Part shown: positions 24,134-34,169 of the stretch, piece after piece | Layout of the letters: each line of letters opens with the position of its first letter | Position numbering within the stretch: the stretch's first letter is position 1 | DNA from: Macrostomum lignano | Taxonomy: Eukaryota | DNA length: 64,000 nucleotides | Assembly (NCBI GenBank): GCA_002269645.1 | Contig: NIVC01000827.1 | Span: 62,001-126,000 of the forward strand | Direction: 5' to 3' | Notes under the pieces: generated by a model | Databases searched by the model: none | Told to the model about the DNA's origin: nothing | What the model saw: only the letters and a program-made list of their open reading frames with translations | Made by a program: the position numbers and the translations under genes

Positions 24134-25511
24134 TTGTACTCGCGGGCTGCGATCTCGTCTAGCCCGGTCGTTTTGTTTCCCCGGGGTAGCGGGTTCGGTG
24201 CGGGACTGCCCCGGGCGCGCGGCGGAGGGATGGACAGAGGACGAACGACTGGCGCTCCTCGAGGCGGATGGCCACTCCGAGGGGAAGAGGAAAAGATGCG
24301 ACCCGGGGCGCACAGGCACTCCTTGGTCACGGAAGGCTCGGGGTACTTCCACGGTCAGCGGAGCGGATAGCCACTCAGAGCCGGCCCGGGAGTCACCGAG
24401 GTGAATGTGAAACGAGGTGAAGGTGAAGGATTGGCCGGGGCGTATAGACACTCCGGACCAATCAAGAGATACGAGGTGATGGATTAGCTGGGGCGTACAG
24501 ACACTCCCAGCCAATCGAAGAGTGCAGGTGAGCAAGGGGGTGAGTAGGTGAAGCGATGAGGCGGCGAGGATGGAGGGAAGACACGTGCAGAGAGCCCCAA
24601 AAAACGCGAACGCAACCCGAATAAACGTAATTTAAGCTCACCGGGCGGGGTCGAACCGACTCATGCGACGCAGTTTATTTGGCCGTAGTAACTGTTCTGG
24701 CAGCTCGGAGACGGCGGGTGGCACGGATTAGCTTGCTACGAAGTGTTCCGATAGTTTACTGGGCTCGTGCAGTTTTGTACTTTTAAGATAGTTTTCTTAC
24801 TCAGTTGCTGGTGTAGCTCTAACCGCAAAAACCAAGCAGTGTGCCACCAACCGGCTCCAAGCCAGCTAATAAATAATATGCCAAAAATGGGGGAGTGGGC
24901 CAAACCGGCCTGAGCGCAAATACTCACACAACAGAACCCCGCGAGCACCCCACCCTAGCACAGCCAATCAAAACATACGCTGGGTAAGGCTTTACGAACG
25001 GGGGGGTAGAAAAGCGAGGGTCTGCCGTCCCAGCCAGCCGATCAGAACACACGCCGGCTGCCTAAAACCAAAACCGGCTGAACCAACTCAAACCAGCTAG
25101 GCCGGCAGACCGGGCGGTTCGCATGCAATAAAAAAAACATGTTGATGAGAAGGTCAGTGTGGCGCAGGCCACAACACTTGCTAAAAATGGTACAAAAAGC
25201 CCTGGAAAGCGATATCCATGGTTTTAAAAATGATACCAAAGAGTGGCTTAGACCCGGGTTCAGGGTCCCCTTTACTACCAAACTCTACGGTATAGAGAAT
25301 AGAAGCACTCGAGAGTGTCACCACACCTCGAGCCGCAGCGTGAACTCTGAGTGTCACAACACCAGAGGGATCGAATTATTATCGCAGAGCGTCGCCACGC
25401 CTGCTCGTCGTATTCATAAAAGTACAGACAGAGCGTCACAACGCCTGTTATATCACATATAATATATATTGTACTCGGGACTGGGCACCCAAGCCGACCC
25501 GGGTTACAACA
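24134..25511. mobile_element. Unidentified LTR-like insertion in LINE A with TGTTGTA...TACAACA termini
   Basis: Inverted 7-bp termini, GC-rich non-coding interior, interrupts the ORF2 C-terminus. No TSD found. Confidence 0.45.
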
Positions 25512-26094
25512 TAGGCAACAATGATTATAGGTAAACTTACCGGTACGGGTCTGTCCTCTGGTAGTGCAGCTTGCTGGTTCCAAAATGATGATTCGAAAGG
25601 GCTAGCCCATAGGGGTAGGGTCCCTTTTACTTACAATACTCCCTGGCACACCATACTTAAACATTCGTTTTCGTAAAGGTGTCAACAAATTTAGTTACCA
25701 TTCAAGCATTGAGAGCATCTACTCACAGTAGTAATCATCAAACCAGCTTTTATTTTATACTCTATCTTTCGAATTTCTCCTACAAACCTTTGTGCTTCAT
25801 CACTGTACATAACTCTTACACTCCTTTTCTGTTTTTAGTTTCAACCCTCACTCATTTGTTTTAACCATCTTACTCTCTTTCATTTGTTTTAAGTTTTATT
25901 TGCATTGTTTCATTGTATTTAGTTTTACTACTGTATCAATTAAATTTGTTTTTATTTTTACTCTTCCAAACTCGACCCTTAAAATACTATATACCAACGA
26001 GAACAAAAAATACATCAATTGCGTGAGAGCCCCCCCCCCAGGGCTGAGGCGCAGGGCCTTCGTTTGCCCAGTACTTATTAATGAATGAATGAAT

Positions 26095-26145
26095 CTTTGG
26101 AAAGCATCCTGCTTGCGCGTCTTGCGAATAACAAGGAATTTTTCA
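26095..26145 (+). mobile_element. Short remnant of a Gypsy LTR
   Basis: AAAGCATCCT..TTGCG....TTGCGA matches the LTR at 36554; AACAAGGAATTT matches the LTR at 43253. Confidence 0.5.
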
Positions 26146-27182
26146 AAAACTTAAGAACTTTGCCTAGGCCACCCAAGCTCTCTTCTAAAGTAGCTGTGTG
26201 GTTCTAGTTCTAATTCTAAATAACCGAATTCAATATCGAAAAAAGCCAAAAATCCAAAAAAATTAAATTGTAATTTTGCAATATATTACTGCATACTGTA
26301 ATCAATATATTTACATATAAAATACTGTAATACATTAATATTATTTATTTAACTGTTCCTGAGCAGCTTCCTTGCCTTCTTCTTTAAAATAACTTGCTCA
26401 GATAGGTATTAGGTAAATTTCTTTCTTCACCGGAGACCATCTGCACAAAAACCTCCTACAAAGCAAAGAGATTCCAATCAGATTCGCAATCGACTGCTTC
26501 CCGACTAATAATTTCAACTCCCAAAAAAATTCAAAGCTTTTTGTACTAAACTTTGTGAAGTGCGCAACAAAATTATCTAAATTTTAGTATTTTAATATCT
26601 TTCTTGTAGTAATAATTAGTCAACAGCAATGTCTAAATTACCTACCTTTACTAAAAAAGAGGTTGCGAACGCGGCTGAGCCACCAGCCAAAAGGCCAAAT
26701 AATAGGCAGTCCACGGACTTGCGACAAAATGAAAGAGCAATGGTCACGCCGCAGCTAAGGCAGGCCCCTGGCCGCACGTCGGTCCCGCCGGCAGAACGAC
26801 GGCGCCTTTCCCAAGGTGCCTCGGCAAAGACCACGCCCCCGCTGGAACCAGAAGTCCTTGAGCCCGGCTCGGATAATTCCTTGCCGGCAACAACGGCGAC
26901 CACCACTCCGAATTCACCGATTCTTGCTAACCCGACAGAAAGATCAAATTCACCAGGCAGCACCATATCAATCTCGTCGGCGAGCGGCTCTGCGACTGTG
27001 TTGGAAGGAGCTGGCCAAGCTGGCTCCAATGACCCCAACGCAGCCGCAGCAGCATCAGAATCTGATTCTGCCTCCGTGGCAGATTCTGCGCGCGACGTCA
27101 ACGTTGACCTGGATGCCGAGGACACTAGCATACCCTACGAGAACCCAATCGCTTTTCCAAGACAAGACAAGACAAGACCGGC

Positions 27183-28085
27183 ATGATATCTAAGTTGCCC
27201 AGCCAAGACGTCCGCCTGGTCTACTATCCAAATATGCTACGTAGTGTTGCCACCGATGACAGGCTAGTTCAAGACCTTCTTCCAATAGCTGTGAGACATC
27301 GGCCCCAGGAACAGCGTCGAGTTGTGTGGTACGGCCTGGAGTATTCTTATTCCGGTGTCCCGCTTGGCGCTAACCTGAAGTGGCACCCATTAGTAGAAGA
27401 TATGCGAGATTATCTAGAGCTCAATGCGGACATAAACGCACCTAAATTCAATAGCTGCCTCATCAACTTTTACGAATCGGCAGATGATTGTATACCTTAT
27501 CATGCTGATAACGAACCAGAGCTTGGCCAAGACCCCTTCATTGCTACGGTCTCCTTCGGAGCCGTGCGCCAGTTCTTGGTCAAGAATAACGAGGATCAGC
27601 GTGTAATTGCCCAATTTGAGACCAAACCCGGCTCGGTGATCGTAAAGTCGGGAGCCTGTCAGCAAAGATGTAAGCACAGTGTCCCAGGAGTCGGCGTGCA
27701 GGAGGGTGTACGCATCTCACTCACCTTTAGGGTGACCCATCAACCTGGCGTCGGCACACCGGGGCACGGAGGCGCGACAGCGGCAGCAGCACCCGTCGGG
27801 GATGGGCCTGGCAGAGGCGGGGCGGACTCCGGTCCTGCTACGCCGGGCCCCCGGACGAGCGTGGCGACCGGACAACCAGGCAGCAGTGGGGCGGCCGGCG
27901 CGCCCGGCCCTGCTGCGCTTGGCAGTTCCCGCAACCAAGTCCAAGACCGTAGCGGCAACGTTGGTGCGGGGCGCGGTGGCGCAGCTCAACGGCCTAACAT
28001 CCAAGGGCAACGCCCGAGCTACGCTGACCAGGCCAACCAATTCCAAGAACGGCTACCTTGTCTTCCCAGCGACGCCCAGAGATAA
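27183..28085 (+). CDS. Complete AlkB-family (ALKBH2/3-like) dioxygenase domain of LINE B + G/A/P-rich tail
   Basis: RRVVWYG..YSYSG, FNSCLINFY, YHADNE (HxD), IATVSFGAVR, KHSV (distal His), RISLTFR. Confidence 0.92.
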   Translation: MISKLPSQDVRLVYYPNMLRSVATDDRLVQDLLPIAVRHRPQEQRRVVWYGLEYSYSGVPLGANLKWHPLVEDMRDYLELNADINAPKFNSCLINFYESADDCIPYHADNEPELGQDPFIATVSFGAVRQFLVKNNEDQRVIAQFETKPGSVIVKSGACQQRCKHSVPGVGVQEGVRISLTFRVTHQPGVGTPGHGGATAAAAPVGDGPGRGGADSGPATPGPRTSVATGQPGSSGAAGAPGPAALGSSRNQVQDRSGNVGAGRGGAAQRPNIQGQRPSYADQANQFQERLPCLPSDAQR

Positions 28086-29273
28086 TCAGATCTTCCTCCG
28101 AGGGCCGCTGAAGGAGCCGAACATAAATGGTGTACCAGTTAACCGTAGACTGCCTAATGCCAGACCAACGTATAACAGACCCGCTGACCGGCCACCTCCA
28201 GTCCAATCGGTGCACTCTGTAGTAGTCCGGGGAGTGCCGGTCGAGATTGAGATGCCGGCGTTCATTCAGCACCTGCGGGAGGACGTGGGCTTGAAGGTTG
28301 TCTCCGCGAGCCGCATCACGTCGCGAGCGCGCAACGAGCCGACTCACTTCGTCCGCCTATTCCTACCAAATAAAGCCACTGCGGATGCTTGCCTGGCGAC
28401 AGGCATCGTATCGCAGTTCACGAGGTATGCCTGCGAACCAAGCAAGACGGCTGCTCCGGCTAGGGCGCTCCAGTGTCATAAGTGCCAGCGTTTCGGCCAC
28501 AGCGCGAATCGGTGTCGTGCTGCTCCGCGCTGCAACATCTGTGCGGCGGCGCACCGCTGGCAGGAGTGCCCGAATCCGGACGAAGCCAAATGTGCGAACT
28601 GGGGCGAGGCCCATCGAGCCAATTACAGGAACTGCATTGTAGCTGCTGAAAAGCACAGCCAGGCGGCCCGGCGCGCTGCAGCCTACCAAGCCGGCGCCCG
28701 GGAAGCCGCGGCAGCAGTGCAAGCAGCAGCTCCGCCACCAGTATTAGCAGCAGCAGCGACTGAGCGAGCTGCACCAACAATAGCGACGGTGTCGGCAGCA
28801 GCAGCAGCAGCAGCGGCGCCACCCGCCCCCGCACCGCGACCAGCTTTGGTGACTGCGCCTAGACCAATCGAGACCGCTGCACGGGCGTCAACGGCTACGG
28901 GGGGCACCGACGACTCGTCCTGGCTAACCGGCCCCGGCCTCCCTAGTCGAAAGCGCCCTGTGCGCGACTCGGTTGACTCTGTGACCCAGACGCAGTTGCC
29001 AAGTGATCCGCCGCCAAGTAATGACGTGCTGCCTAACATGCTCGCTGCCATGGAAGCTATGGTGAGTGGCTAGTTCAAGCGCTCGTAGAGGTGCTTACGA
29101 TCCTCTTGCCGAGCCAGGCCGAACGGCCGCCTACTACTGAAGGCACCGGTCAAACGCTGCAGGATGTAGTAGGTAGGGTTCTGGCCTGGGCCCTTGCAGG
29201 AGGGTCGGAAGGTCACCAAGGTCTCGGTCAGCTGCTCTGCGCCCCCCGGCGACAGGTGGATGGCCAGACCTAG
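27802..29273 (+). pseudogene. LINE B gag-like ORF1 (stop/frameshift near 29071)
   Basis: CHKCQRFGHSANRC, CNICAAAHRWQEC, CANWGEAHRANYRNC. The segment GYLVFPATPRD..PLK aligns with LINE A GYIVTPEHPKD..PLK. Confidence 0.9.
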
Positions 29274-29289
29274 AACGAAATAAATTAAT

Positions 29290-31280
29290 AATGTTCGGTA
29301 ATATTAATAACGGGCACGATAGCTCTAACCCCACTGCCTCAGGGCTCAAGATCGCCCACCTGAACTGCAGGGGGATAATAAATACCGAAATTAAAAGAAC
29401 TCAGGCTCTGGGTCTCAGACCACAAATTAGATATAGCGTTGTTCTCTGAGACCATCCTGAAAAATACCCAAGTATGCACATTCCCGGGCTATGCTGCAGT
29501 GCGGTTTGACCTTCCAAGTACGAAGCGCGGACTCCTCCTCGTACACACCCCACGGGTTAAGGTAGCTGATGTCCAGCTCTCGTACGACAACATTAACCAT
29601 GAGGTTCTTACCTGCACAGTCACCCCTCTTGACGGCGCTTGCGCTGCCTTTAAACTGGCCTTGATCTATCGGTCTCCATCGCCGGACAACCTTGATGTCA
29701 GTCTTTTGACTCGGCTGTCCTAGGCCAAATACTCTCTTGTTATGGGTGACCTCAACGCCAGGCACAATTTCTTGGGGGGCGACAGTCGCAATAACAGGGC
29801 TGGCCAACAGCTTCATGACTGGCTCTGCCGCGACCCTACAAATCGTCCCACCGTTCTAAACCAACCAGGTCAGTTCACCAGAATAGCCCATCGACAAGGA
29901 ACGGTCTCCCGAAATGTGCTGGACCTAGGTCTGGCCTCCAGTGACCTTGTCCCCTACATCCAGGACTTCAAAGTGGGTGACGACCTGAATAGCGACCACC
30001 TTCCAATTATTCTTACCTTGGCAAGCAACTCCCCAGACTGGCAAGGGCCAGAGAAGGCTCGAAATTTTGCTAAAGCCAACTGGGAGGAGTTCCAAAATAG
30101 CCTTATGGAAAAAGATCGACGCATGGCCTCCAGACCTTAGAACCAGGCAGCAGATTGATGCGGAGGTCGACTTCATCACCGGCGCGATCCAGGAGACTAT
30201 CGAAGAAAATGTCCCGGTCAGAAAAAGCCGTAGAGCCCTCCCCCAGAGGATCATTGCTATGATCAAGGAGAGGAGAAAGCTTCGGCGTCTGTACCATAGC
30301 ACCAGGGACGACAACTTCATGCTCCTCGCGAATAGGAAGGCGAAGGAAATAAAAGCGCCATTCGTTCGTTTGAGCAGGGCCAATTCACCAAATTGTGCGA
30401 GAAAATAGTTGAGAAAAGTCAGTGTCGGAATGTCAAGGACTTCTGGCAGGACACAAAAAATTAATGGGGCGCAAAAAGGGCACCACTTTTCCGTCCTTGA
30501 ATGATAGCGCCACCCTCGCACACACAGACTCTGACAAGGCTGATATGCTTGCGAGAGCCTTAGATGCCAAAATGCGCCCGATCCCGTCTACGGATGACGA
30601 GCTGAAGAAGAAGGTTGAGCAGACTATGAAGCTCCCACTCTTCAGACCTGTCCCACCCAGCGCGGAACCGCACATGGGCCACCCCCTGGAGGCTCCTATC
30701 TCTGTTACAGATACCCTCTGGGTGTCGCGACTTTCCTAGTCATTTCTTAGTTCACCTTCAATTGTCTCTGTTTACTCCATTTTCTCTCTCGCTGTCTAGC
30801 TCAATCTTGTTATTCTTATCTCTCTCTCCCTTGCTGCGTTCTGATTGGCTCTCCGTTCTCGCCTCTTTCCTCAGTCGCGCACTCCACCCCCTCTCTTTAT
30901 TATTCTGGGCTCAACCCCCCAAAGTTAAATGTTCTATAAATATATCGGTTTGGGCCCTGCGCCCACTTACTGCTCATCCTGCTCCTTCAATTTAACTCCA
31001 ATTAAATAGTCTTTAGTTTAGTATTTTTTCTACACTGGGAGCTGGACCATCTAAAGGTAGACAGCGCTCCGGGCCTGGACAAGGTGCCAAACTGCGTCCT
31101 GAAATATGGCCTGGAGTCCATTGCGGTTACACGCATAACCAAGCTCTTTAATGACTGCTACCGGGCAGGGATCTTCCCATCGCAATGGAAGAAAGCAGTA
31201 GTCACCATGATCCCGAAGCCGGACAAACCGCCTGAATCCCCGGGTTCCTATCGGCCCATCAGCCTGACCTCCTCCCATCA
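29290..31280 (+). pseudogene. LINE B ORF2: endonuclease + N-terminal RT, split by a solo LTR
   Basis: HLNCRG, FSET, MGDLNARH, SDHLP; TLWELDHLKVDSAPGLDKVPN restored after removing 30723-31039. Confidence 0.9.
30723..31034 (+). mobile_element. 312-bp solo LTR with 5-bp TSD CTGGG
   Basis: TG...CA termini, CTGGG at 30718-30722 and 31035-31039, internal CCAAT (reverse) and TATAAATA. Removal restores the LINE reading frame. Confidence 0.85.
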
Positions 31281-31525
31281 GCCTGGTATCTGTGGTGTAT
31301 CGCACACTGAGATGCACTATAGTTTATATAAGTTCAAGTTCGTTATTCAATGCCGTTCGTTTGCACTAATCGCCTCTAAGCATTCTATCGCTACAGTTTC
31401 TTCTATGGTAATTAACCCAGCCCAAAGTTGCTAGAGCTCACCTTTTTGATCTCTTTCAAATAAGAAATAAAAAGAATCTTAAGCTCATGAGTTAAATACT
31501 TCAGCCGGAGTTCAATTCACAACAA

Positions 31526-31572
31526 TGGCGTCGCGAGCAGGATCCGAACCTGCGCGGGGAAACCCCATTGGA
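31526..31572 (-). other. Extended 47-nt PBS = reverse complement of the 3' part (positions 39-76, including CCA) of a mature tRNA-Ser
   Basis: Reverse complement TCCAAT GGGG TTT CCCC GC GCAGG TTCGGAT CCTGC TCGCGAC G CCA. It has a perfectly paired T-stem, a long variable hairpin, G73 and CCA. Confidence 0.9.
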
Positions 31573-31616
31573 CTCCCCATTGGCAGCTAATAATTACTAG
31601 CTGCTGGTGGCCCGGA

Positions 31617-32510
31617 ATGCAACAGGACGTTGCCCAGTTTGTTCGACGCTGTCCAGACTGCTGCAGGCTTCGGCCTCAACTCGGCCACGACAGGGATCGC
31701 TGGCCTCCATCAACGTATCCGTTCCAGCGCGTACACATGGACTGGGCATACGTAAAAGGCGCTGAAAACATCCTGGTCATCGTGGATTCCTTTTCCGGCT
31801 GGATAGAAGCCTTTCCTTGCCGCGATCGCACAGCTGATTCAGTCATTCAGTGCCTGCGTACCGTATTCACACGGTTCGGCGTCCCCGAGCTGGTGGTTTC
31901 GGACAACGCCCCAGAGTTCACTACTGAAGTGCTCACATCGTGGCTCCGCGCCAATGGTGCCAAGAAGCTCGAGTCACCTACCTATTACCCGCAGGCGAAT
32001 GGAGCCGCAGAAAGGGCCGTTCAGACCGTCAAGTCCGCACTAAGGGCCTGGTCTAAAAAAATTACACACATGGAGTTTAGCCGCTTCTTGCAAAAGGTCC
32101 TCCTGCACCACAGAAACTCAGCCTCTTCGCGGGGCTGCTGCCCAGCCGAAATTCTCTTTGGACGGCGACTCAGAGTCCCGGTGGTGACCAACTTCGAACA
32201 GGGTGACAGCGTGATCTATGCGCCAAGCAGCTCCTCAGTCGGCAACCCGGCAAAGTTCGTGATGACGGCAGGTCAAAACACAGCGTGGATCCTCGCTGAC
32301 GATGGGCTTCGCCTTGCAAGCACGAATCAACTTGCCCCAATGGCCACCTGGCCATCGGAATTCGAGATGGAGGACGAAGATGAGACTAACAGCGTGCCAG
32401 AAACCGGAAACGAGCCAGTCGCAGGGATTCAGACACCCGTGCCTGAAGAAGCCGTTCAGCTGAGAAGGAGCCTCAGAAACCGATCCGCTCCTGAGCGCTT
32501 TGTGCCTTAA
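31617..32510 (+). CDS. Gypsy-type integrase (partial zinc finger + intact DDE core)
   Basis: WWPGM..CPDC, VHMDW, IVDSFSGW, VSDNAPEF, PQANGAAERAVQTVK; uninterrupted 297-codon ORF. Confidence 0.9.
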   Translation: MQQDVAQFVRRCPDCCRLRPQLGHDRDRWPPSTYPFQRVHMDWAYVKGAENILVIVDSFSGWIEAFPCRDRTADSVIQCLRTVFTRFGVPELVVSDNAPEFTTEVLTSWLRANGAKKLESPTYYPQANGAAERAVQTVKSALRAWSKKITHMEFSRFLQKVLLHHRNSASSRGCCPAEILFGRRLRVPVVTNFEQGDSVIYAPSSSSVGNPAKFVMTAGQNTAWILADDGLRLASTNQLAPMATWPSEFEMEDEDETNSVPETGNEPVAGIQTPVPEEAVQLRRSLRNRSAPERFVP

Positions 32511-32849
32511 ACTGGTATCCGAGGAGGGTTGAAAAAAACGCGAAACTAATGAAACGACATGAAACGACTTCACTGTTCCAATTGACATCTTCTGAATATA
32601 GGGAGGGGCATGTGGTGTATCGCACACTGAGATGCACTATAGTTTATATAAGTTCAAGTTCGTTATTCAATGCCGTTTGTTTGCACTAATCGCCTCTAAG
32701 CATTCTATCGCTACAGTTTCTTCTATGGTAATTAACCCAGCCCAAAGTTGCTAGAGCTCACCTTTTTTATCTCTTTCAAATAAGAAATAAAAAGAATCTT
32801 AAGCTCATGAGTTAAATACTTCAGCCGGAGTTCAATTCACAACAGTATC

Positions 32850-33119
32850 CACACTTTGCGTGCTCACAGGGAATACTACAGGTTCTGCTGTTGCACCTTT
32901 CCATTTGTAATAAAACTTATTATTTGCTGCCGTCACATTGGGAACGTTTGACCAACCAGTGAAGTCGTTAAGATAGACATGGTAATTAGCACCTGGATCC
33001 AGGCGAATCGCCTGCACTAATTTTTGAACAAATATCCCGTTTGAGTCATTAATTCGCCCAGTTATTGTAATAGGAATGCTCCTTGGAGTGAGAAACAATA
33101 TTACTTTGTCTTTCAGCAA
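32850..33119 (-). pseudogene. Polinton minor capsid (penton) N-terminal fragment
   Basis: Nearly identical to the N-terminus of 45574-46437; cut by the LTR element. Confidence 0.8.
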
Positions 33120-33175
33120 TCGCTTTCATCTTTTTTCAGCCAAAAAAATTAAACTTTACTGGATGAATTGTCTTG

Positions 33176-34162
33176 TCAAGTCAAGTGAATTGTCTGAATT
33201 GGATGAATCATGTTAAGCTTCACCTTCCTCTCAAATGCATAGATAATGTACAGGTCCACGGGTGTTGCGACAATCCTCTTAATGTTAGTCACGATATTCA
33301 CAGGGCTGTTATCAGTAGGCATTTGTCTGGCAGACACATCAGCGCCAAACATCGGATATAAAGTTCCATATTGAAGAGCAGTGATAGCAATTCCATTGTT
33401 CTCTTTCACAGCCAAGTCGACCAACTCGCTGTAAAATTTGCTAATCTTGTTCTGACTGAAATCTCCATTTTGTGGCAGTGCAGGGTAAAGATTATCACTG
33501 ATTTCATGCTGAATGGACCGCACGTCTCCATGCATGTAGCGTATAATGCTATTTGGGTTTTTCATGTTAATAATAATATACCTTGGATTGCTGCATGATC
33601 CCTCTTTAATGCAGATGTTTGTTCTAGTTTCGTTTCGCTCATCTCGACACATGTAGGCCGTGTATGCAACATCAATGTCCTTCTCTATTGCCTTCAGATA
33701 ATCCGCTTTTAGTGCGGTCTTTGGCTCAATGACTTCCAAATACAGCTCGATTCCGGTTAGCTTCACCTCCATCCTAGTGTGGTCCGCCCCAGTCCACAAC
33801 ACTCTACTGCGATCATCTCTAGTCAGTCTAAATGTGTAGCTAAAGTTACTAGTCAGTCGATTAAATGTATTACAGAATCCACTCATAAATCTCAATGGTA
33901 CAAATACATCAACAGACCGATACAGCAGGTTCTTAGCAGCAGCATCAGCACCTTGCAATGTATAGTTGTATCTCTTCTTCCTATTTTTATAGCCACTGTC
34001 ATTGATATCTCCTTCTTTTTTATCTGCAATAAAACCCGCACCACTTCCCAACTGAATAAAATCAGGATTCTCGATCAAACAATGAGGGTCATATACAATT
34101 CCAAAGTTGGCGATTCGCTCCAACTCAGTGCTCCCATTCGATACACTAAACTCCTTGAACAT
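33176..34162 (-). pseudogene. Polinton major capsid protein (double jelly-roll type), 5'-truncated
   Basis: VPLRFMSGF..FRLTR, LYP..DF..FYSEL, YPMFGADVS and YAFER patterns; immediately upstream of the penton-like ORF, with the same order at 45010-46437. Confidence 0.75.
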
Positions 34163-34169
34163 TTACGCC

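Larger units (their letters stand above)
19243..26094 (+). mobile_element. LINE A (I/Jockey-group-like non-LTR retrotransposon), 5'-truncated within an AlkB domain, complete 3' end
   Basis: AlkB, gag-like ORF with three CCHC-type knuckles, APE + RT, 3' UTR hairpin and (TGAA)n tail at 26080-26094. Confidence 0.9.
26146..31280 (+). mobile_element. LINE B (divergent relative of LINE A) with 5' UTR and AlkB; 3'-truncated in RT
   Basis: AT-rich 5' UTR, S/T/A-rich ORF (26629-27186), AlkB, gag-like knuckles, APE and the start of RT (SAPGLD, SYRPISLTS). Confidence 0.9.
31291..32844 (+). mobile_element. 1554-bp non-autonomous LTR element carrying only integrase; 234-bp LTRs, 5-bp TSD GTATC
   Basis: LTRs at 31291-31524 and 32611-32844 (2 substitutions seen), TG...CA ends, PBS at 31526, PPT GGGAGGGG at 32601, GTATC on both sides. 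Confidence 0.95.

Noticed and set aside
27183-28085. Host ALKBH2/3 gene
   Set aside because: It is intronless, embedded between a LINE 5' UTR and a gag-like ORF, and paralleled in a second LINE.
31526-31572. Genomic tRNA-Ser gene or tRNA SINE
   Set aside because: Only the 3' part is present, it includes post-transcriptional CCA and it sits exactly at the PBS position; there is no A box or D-arm.
27183-31572. Idea that the LINE AlkB demethylated m1A58 and caused the long PBS
   Set aside because: A demethylated A58 would template T; the observed C argues the base was still modified. Proximity here is just nesting.
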